A stretch of 64,000 nucleotides of DNA from Promethearchaeota archaeon (GTDB taxonomy: Archaea; Asgardarchaeota; Lokiarchaeia; Sigyniarchaeales; SOKP01): positions 32,001 to 96,000 of the forward strand of contig JAEOTR010000060.1 in assembly GCA_016839705.1 (NCBI GenBank). Reading direction: 5' to 3'. The notes below the pieces were generated by a model that was not told the origin of the DNA, did no database searches, and saw only the letters and a program-made list of their open reading frames with translations. The first letter of the stretch is position 1. Each line of letters begins with the position of its first letter. This document shows, piece by piece, positions 58,240-64,000 of the stretch. The translations under genes were made by a program, and so were the position numbers.

Positions 58240-61200
58240 TTTGACACGACAACCCCACTTTCTAACCCGACAATTCCAATAAATAGAATCCAAAAGTTTG
58301 AAGATTTTTATCGACTGTTTCAAGAAAAACCTGGTGTATATAAATACTTAGACCAAATTAACAATATAACCTCAAAGGGGGGAAATACGTTAATAGTTTT
58401 TTATGAGGATTTATTAGCATTTGATCCCCAGATTGCAGATAAATTAAAAACTGATCCCGAATCGGTGCTAGAAGATGCTATTGAAGCATTTACAAACATT
58501 CTAAAATTTCAAGGAATAGTAGTAAGTAATCTTAATTACTTTGTTAGGGTTACAACTAATGACAAAAAATGCCCATTGTATATACTCCTAAGAGGTCTTA
58601 GAGCAAAAAATATAGACAATTTTATTTGGTCAAATGGGATTCTAATTAGAAGTTCAACAATTAGACCAAAGTTAATAAAAGCTACTTTTGAATGTACGCT
58701 ATGTGGAAGCAAATTTGAGGTAATTCAGCTGACATCGAGAATTAAATGGCCTAATTTCTGCAGTAATCAACGATGTAAAGCCAAAACTCAATCAGATTTT
58801 AGGCTTATCTCAAAAAGTTCAGAATTTATTGATTGGCAAAGTATTATGATCCAAGAAATTCCTGAAGATTTACCCCCAGGAAGAATTCCCAGATCAGTTC
58901 AAGCAATACTAACACATGATTTAGTTGATACAGTTAAACCCGGAGATAGAATAAAGATAATGGGCATTTATAAATCCGTTTTAGCTCAATCAACCCAAAG
59001 TTATAACTCTACGCTATTTAAAACCTTTATTGATGTTAATTTTATTGATCCTGAAGATAAAAGCGAACAGATTGTCGATCTTTCAAAGGAAGATAAAAAA
59101 ATAATAGAAGAAATGTCAAAAGAACCGATGATCCAAAAAAAAATTGCTCGTTCAATTAGCCCTAGTATTTATGGTCGGGATCAATTAAAAATGGCATGTG
59201 CTTTGAGTTTATTTGGAGGGACAAGGAGAAAAAAACCAGGTGGTGGATATAAAAGAGGGGATCTTCACTTTCTTGTCGTAGGCGACCCCGGTACTGGAAA
59301 ATCAGAAATTTTAAAAGGAGCGGTTGATATCTCCCCCCGAGGATTATATACCTCTGGTAAAGGATCAACAGGCGTTGGGCTTACCGCTGCTGTAATAAAA
59401 GAAGGCGACACAGGACAAATGAATCTTGAAGCGGGTGTTGTAGTACTAGCCAATGGAGGGATTGCAGCTATCGATGAGTTTGATAAAATGGACACCACAG
59501 ATCGCTCAGCTTTACATGAGGCGATGGAACAACAATCTTACCATTATAATACTGAAATTCTAAGTGTAGATGGTAGACGAATTGTTATTGGAGAATTTAT
59601 CAATAATTTAATGGATCAAAATAAAGATAAAATAATATTTGGTAAAGATTGTGAAATTTTACCATTTAATGATTTAAAAATTTACACCAGTGACTTTAAG
59701 AAAATATTTAAGACTAATGTAGATCGAGTAAGTCGTCATAAAGCACCTAACAGTTTTTATAAAATTACATTTACTAATGGGAGATCAATAATAATTACAC
59801 CCGAACATCCAATATTCGTGTTTCGAGAAGGTATTTTATGTTGTATTAGTGCAAAAGATTGTATTAAAGATGACTTCATCCCTATCCCTAAATATTTACC
59901 AAATTCAAGTGATATTATTGAACTACATGATAATCATGGTTCAAATCATCCGCTAGCTAAGGAATTAACCATGCCAAGACGTCTAACTCCTAAATTAGGA
60001 AGTTTGCTTGGATATATAGTTACTGAAGGCCATAGCTATAAAGACTCTGGAGCAGAAATAGGATTTTCAAATATGGATGACATTTTGCTTAAAGATTTTT
60101 ATAAATTGATGAAAGGTGAATTCAATATTGAACCTTCTATAAATGAAAGGGATGATGGATTAAAAACACTCAGATATATATCAGTTAATTTGTATGAATG
60201 GATGCTAGAGAATTTTCCAGAAGTTATGACAATATCAAAATTTAAACGTATACCAAATAAAATATTATCCAGCAGTCGTAAGATAAACAAGGAATTCTTG
60301 ATTAGTGCTTTTAAAGGTGATGGAAGTGTAGAATCTACAGCAATATGTTATCGAACGGCTTCTAAAGGTTTATGTGTTGATTATCAAGATTTACTATTGA
60401 AATTAGGAATTCACTCTCGAATTACTTATGATAAGTATAATGATTCCTATAAAGTCTACATTCGGGTCCAATCTTTAATTCAATTTTATGAAGAAATTAT
60501 TCAAGATAATGATCATAGAATTGAAAAAATCAGAAATTTAATTAAACCTGATGTATCCAAAACCCATCATCATGATATATTTCCAAATTCAATAATAGAC
60601 ATGATTATTAATCTTAAGCATAAATTAGCTATTTCATACGATGGATATTTCCATGAACATTTAAAAGAAAATCATGGAATTACTCGTAATGTCTTTCAAA
60701 AAGAGCTAGTTCTAATCAAACATAAATTCTTAAAAATTAAAAAAATTTTTGATAAAAATATTGACATTAAAGAAATCAGAAATAAAACGGGGTATTCTCA
60801 GGAAAATTTAGCTCAAATGGCTGGTCTTAATCGAAGTAATATTGATTATTATGAAAGAGGAGGATATGATAAAAAACAGAAGGAAAAATTAATATTAAAG
60901 ATCGTTTCCTCTCTTAAAACCAAAATAAAAGAAGCTGAAGAGGAAATCGACTACTTAGACTCTTTATTAGAATCAGACATTTGTTGGGATAGAATTAAGA
61001 AAATTGAGTGTATCCAAAATAAGAAAAAGAATTATACACCATGGGTCTATGATATAACTGTAGAACCGAATCATACATTTATTAGCCAAGGAATTGTTCT
61101 TCATAACACTGTAAGTATTGCCAAAGCAGGAATAGTGGCTACTTTAAAAGCTCAAACCGCTATTATTGCGGCAGCTAATCCATATTCAGGAAGATATGAT

Positions 61201-61947
61201 AGATATAAAACACCTACACAAAACATTCGTCTGCCACCATCTCTTTTATCTCGTTTTGATCTAATCTTCGTAGTAGTAGACCGACCTAATCCCTCTGAAG
61301 ATGCCCAAATGGCAGAATTTATTTTGAAAAACGCTATGGTAAAGCCAGAAGAGGACTTTGATGATCAAGGTGAAAGTATTGCCCCAATTCCTAAGGAGCT
61401 TCTTAAAAAATACATTAAACATGCGAAGAGAACATGTCACCCTGTTCTGTCAGATGAAGCTAAAGAAAAAATAAAAGAATTTTATTTAGAATTAAGAGGT
61501 CAATATGATAGTGAAGATGCAATCATTTCGATCTTAGCAAGAAATTTAGATGCTCTTGTAAGGTTGTGTGAAGCTTATGCAAAAATGGCTTTAAGAGACA
61601 AAGTTATTAAAGAAGATGTTGAAGAAGTTATGAAATTATTTAAAAGATACCTTAAAGATACTGGCTATGACGAAACTTCTGGGAAAATTGATATGGATAG
61701 AATCTTTGTTGGGCAATCTAGAAGTAATCTGAACAGACTTGAGTCATTAATGAACAGACTTAAAGAAATATTCGAGGAAAATAGTTGGAAACCTTTAGAG
61801 AGGATTAATGTAATTCAAATCTTAGATTTAGAAGAGAAACTAGATAAGAAATTCATTGAAAATGCGCTTGAAGAATTGATAAAAGAAGGAACTCTTTATG
61901 AGCCAAAAAGTGGATTTATCAAGTTCACTAACAAAGAATCAGTCTAA
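58240..61947 (+). CDS. mcm: MCM replicative helicase with one intein (start uncertain; frame open from 58240, ORF track starts at 58465)
   Basis: N-terminal KFEDFY..YKY..YEDL..FD; Zn finger; GDPGTGKS, IDEFDKM, AAANP, LSRFDL, RNLDALVRL. Confidence 0.95.
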   Translation, partial: FDTTTPLSNPTIPINRIQKFEDFYRLFQEKPGVYKYLDQINNITSKGGNTLIVFYEDLLAFDPQIADKLKTDPESVLEDAIEAFTNILKFQGIVVSNLNYFVRVTTNDKKCPLYILLRGLRAKNIDNFIWSNGILIRSSTIRPKLIKATFECTLCGSKFEVIQLTSRIKWPNFCSNQRCKAKTQSDFRLISKSSEFIDWQSIMIQEIPEDLPPGRIPRSVQAILTHDLVDTVKPGDRIKIMGIYKSVLAQSTQSYNSTLFKTFIDVNFIDPEDKSEQIVDLSKEDKKIIEEMSKEPMIQKKIARSISPSIYGRDQLKMACALSLFGGTRRKKPGGGYKRGDLHFLVVGDPGTGKSEILKGAVDISPRGLYTSGKGSTGVGLTAAVIKEGDTGQMNLEAGVVVLANGGIAAIDEFDKMDTTDRSALHEAMEQQSYHYNTEILSVDGRRIVIGEFINNLMDQNKDKIIFGKDCEILPFNDLKIYTSDFKKIFKTNVDRVSRHKAPNSFYKITFTNGRSIIITPEHPIFVFREGILCCISAKDCIKDDFIPIPKYLPNSSDIIELHDNHGSNHPLAKELTMPRRLTPKLGSLLGYIVTEGHSYKDSGAEIGFSNMDDILLKDFYKLMKGEFNIEPSINERDDGLKTLRYISVNLYEWMLENFPEVMTISKFKRIPNKILSSSRKINKEFLISAFKGDGSVESTAICYRTASKGLCVDYQDLLLKLGIHSRITYDKYNDSYKVYIRVQSLIQFYEEIIQDNDHRIEKIRNLIKPDVSKTHHHDIFPNSIIDMIINLKHKLAISYDGYFHEHLKENHGITRNVFQKELVLIKHKFLKIKKIFDKNIDIKEIRNKTGYSQENLAQMAGLNRSNIDYYERGGYDKKQKEKLILKIVSSLKTKIKEAEEEIDYLDSLLESDICWDRIKKIECIQNKKKNYTPWVYDITVEPNHTFISQGIVLHNTVSIAKAGIVATLKAQTAIIAAANPYSGRYDRYKTPTQNIRLPPSLLSRFDLIFVVVDRPNPSEDAQMAEFILKNAMVKPEEDFDDQGESIAPIPKELLKKYIKHAKRTCHPVLSDEAKEKIKEFYLELRGQYDSEDAIISILARNLDALVRLCEAYAKMALRDKVIKEDVEEVMKLFKRYLKDTGYDETSGKIDMDRIFVGQSRSNLNRLESLMNRLKEIFEENSWKPLERINVIQILDLEEKLDKKFIENALEELIKEGTLYEPKSGFIKFTNKESV
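59536..61107 (+). mobile_element. intein in MCM (524 aa) with LAGLIDADG endonuclease and HTH insertion
   Basis: Splits AMEQQ|TVSIAKAG; begins SYHYNTE, block B ITPEHP, LLGYIVTEG and FLISAFKGDG motifs, ends VYDITV...VLHN|T. Confidence 0.95.
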
Positions 61948-61989
61948 TTTTTTTTAAATATCTTATTTTTTCGTTATAATCTGAACAAT

Positions 61990-62514
61990 CTATTGAAGAT
62001 AGTTAATCGCCTGTTTAGCTATCAACTTGAATGCCAACTCTACGTTATCACCTGATTTTGCTGAAGTAAAAATAATTGTCCTAGTATTAATTCGCTCCCC
62101 TAATGAATCGATGTATTGTTTTTCTATTTCATATAACAAATCACTTTTATTCGCAATCAAAATGATTGGTATTAGAGAACAATATTGATCTAAATCGGGT
62201 ACCCAAAATTTTTCAATCTGATCAAATGTGTTACTTCTTGTCAAGTCCCCTACAATTATTACTCCTTTAGCACCTGAATAATATGGACGTCTCATACTTA
62301 TCCATCTTTCTTGTCCGGCAATATCCCAAAGTTGAAGAGTTGTTTCTGTTTCATTTTCTAAAACGATCTTTTTTGTAAAGATATTTGTTCCGATACTGGA
62401 ACGGTAATCTGTAGTAAATCGTCCCGATACAAATTTCTTGACTAGACTGGTCTTGCCAACTGCCGGTTCTCCGATTACAATAATTTTAAGAGTAATTCTC
62501 TTGGTATTGTCCAT
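61990..62514 (-). CDS. Rab-like small GTPase
   Basis: GEPAVGKTS, WDIAGQE, YYSGA.G, NKSD, TSAK. Confidence 0.93.
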   Translation of the reverse strand: MDNTKRITLKIIVIGEPAVGKTSLVKKFVSGRFTTDYRSSIGTNIFTKKIVLENETETTLQLWDIAGQERWISMRRPYYSGAKGVIIVGDLTRSNTFDQIEKFWVPDLDQYCSLIPIILIANKSDLLYEIEKQYIDSLGERINTRTIIFTSAKSGDNVELAFKLIAKQAINYLQ

Positions 62515-62615
62515 ATATAATTATTTTTATGAAGAAACTTTTTTAAGTTTATATATAAATATTAAAATAATCAAATCCTAAAATAACGAAAATTAAAAGA
62601 TAGCAATATAACATT

Positions 62616-63707
62616 ATGGTCACCGGTATAGTGTATGATGAAATTTACCTAGAACATAAAACTGGAAACCATCCAGAAAGCCCCTCTAGATTAATTGCTA
62701 TAATGGATTTCTTAAAAGAAACAAAATTGCTAGAAGATCCAAACTTTAAAATCATTAAGCCGAGAAAGGCTACTCTAGACCAAATAAGATATGTCCATAG
62801 AGAAAGATTAATAAAAGAAATCCAAGAAATTTGTGAGTTAAGTGCTAAAACGCGTCGTCTTCAAGAAATAGATTGGGATACTGTAGCATCCCCTAAAACT
62901 TATGAGGCATCCTTATACTCAGTCGGTGGTAATTTACAAGCAATAGATAAGATAATAAATGGTAATATAAAGAATGCATTCGCTTTGGTTAGACCTCCTG
63001 GACACCACTCTAATTCACATCGATTCGCTGGATTTTGTATTTTCAACAACATTGCTATCGCAGCAGAATATCTTTTTAAAGAAAAAGGAATAAAAAGAGC
63101 AGTTATAATTGATTGGGATTGTCATCATGGAAATGGTACACAAGATATTTTTTATCACGGTTCTAAGTCAGAATCAGGTGAATTAGTAATGTTTAATTCA
63201 CATCAATATGGTAATTTTTATCCAGGTACAGGTAACTATGATGAAATTGGCACAGATAAAGGAATAGGCAAGATTATTAATTATCCAATGCCCGCTGGCT
63301 CTACTGATGATGCTATTCCTATTTATTTTGATGAAATAATTGTACCTATATGTGAAGAGTTTAAACCAGAATTTATCCTAATTTCTGCTGGTTTTGATAC
63401 CCATTGGACAGATAGAAATACAGATATGAATTGGACATACCAAGCACCAGCAAATTATTTAAAAAAAATTAAAACAATCGCACAGAAATATGCAAATAAT
63501 AGGATTCTCATAACATTAGAAGGTGGATATGAATTGGATAAACAAGCTCGAGCTGTTTATAACTGTTTAAAAGTACTTAATGATGAGGATGATAGTTTAA
63601 TACAAGAAGAACCAAGAAAATCTAGATCTGAATTGTTAAATTATTTTAAAAAAAGATTAATCCCTGCCTTAAAGGAAAAATTAAAACCTTATTGGGCTTG
63701 CTTCTAA
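62616..63707 (+). CDS. histone deacetylase family protein
   Basis: HPESPSR, RPPGHH, GFCIFNN, DWDCHHGNGTQ, SAGFD, LEGGY. Confidence 0.95.
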   Translation: MVTGIVYDEIYLEHKTGNHPESPSRLIAIMDFLKETKLLEDPNFKIIKPRKATLDQIRYVHRERLIKEIQEICELSAKTRRLQEIDWDTVASPKTYEASLYSVGGNLQAIDKIINGNIKNAFALVRPPGHHSNSHRFAGFCIFNNIAIAAEYLFKEKGIKRAVIIDWDCHHGNGTQDIFYHGSKSESGELVMFNSHQYGNFYPGTGNYDEIGTDKGIGKIINYPMPAGSTDDAIPIYFDEIIVPICEEFKPEFILISAGFDTHWTDRNTDMNWTYQAPANYLKKIKTIAQKYANNRILITLEGGYELDKQARAVYNCLKVLNDEDDSLIQEEPRKSRSELLNYFKKRLIPALKEKLKPYWACF

Positions 63708-63822
63708 AGTTCTTCACTAAGAATAATACATATAACAATTATGCATTAATTTATAAACTTGAATACTATATTAAAAATAAATAACCAATTATTATTTCAT
63801 AAAAATACCTAAGGAGATTATT

Positions 63823-64000
63823 TTGTCGTACGAATATGAAAGAGAAGAGGAAGAAGAAAAAAAAAAAAAATCTATTTCGCCACCTCCCTCAATGCCACCC
63901 CCTTCAATAACTCCTGCAATGCCACCTCCCTCAATGCCACCCCCACCATTAAGACCTTCACCGGAACAACCATTAACCCCGCCTCCCTTTGAAACACCTC
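63823..64000 (+). CDS. 5' part of a proline-rich protein (runs off window)
   Basis: AAGGAG SD, TTG start, MSYEYEREEEEEKKKKSISPPPSMPPPSITPAMPPPSMPPPPLRP... open to the window end. Confidence 0.75.
   Translation, partial: MSYEYEREEEEEKKKKSISPPPSMPPPSITPAMPPPSMPPPPLRPSPEQPLTPPPFETP

Overview
Very AT-rich archaeal chromosomal segment, most likely Asgard (Lokiarchaeia-like). This is inferred from archaeal core genes (topo VI, MCM, GINS, Rpp30/Pop5, L15e, ValRS, SMC-ScpA-ScpB, Rqc2) occurring with eukaryotic-signature proteins (roadblock, Rag-like and Rab-like GTPases, a longin/NPRL2-like protein, an EMC6-like protein, HEAT repeats). No CRISPR array, rRNA or transposase was seen. The main items not explained by the ORF track are: (1) a 22-aa leader peptide with four Trp codons (WCWQWPW) and alternative RNA pairings directly upstream of a stand-alone TrpB2 gene, a candidate ribosome-mediated tryptophan attenuator in an archaeon; (2) a C/D-box sRNA whose D-guide places the methyl on the 23S rRNA P-loop G2251 equivalent; (3) a 1484-aa SMC with no recognisable hinge, an all-helical duplicated centre and ~90-aa modular arms; (4) two tRNAs with introns at non-canonical positions; (5) several conserved genes whose homology extends upstream of any ATG/GTG/TTG, implying ATA/ATC/ATT starts or frameshifts; (6) an MCM intein carrying LAGLIDADG plus an HTH domain. 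All family assignments come from motif recognition by eye, not from database searches.
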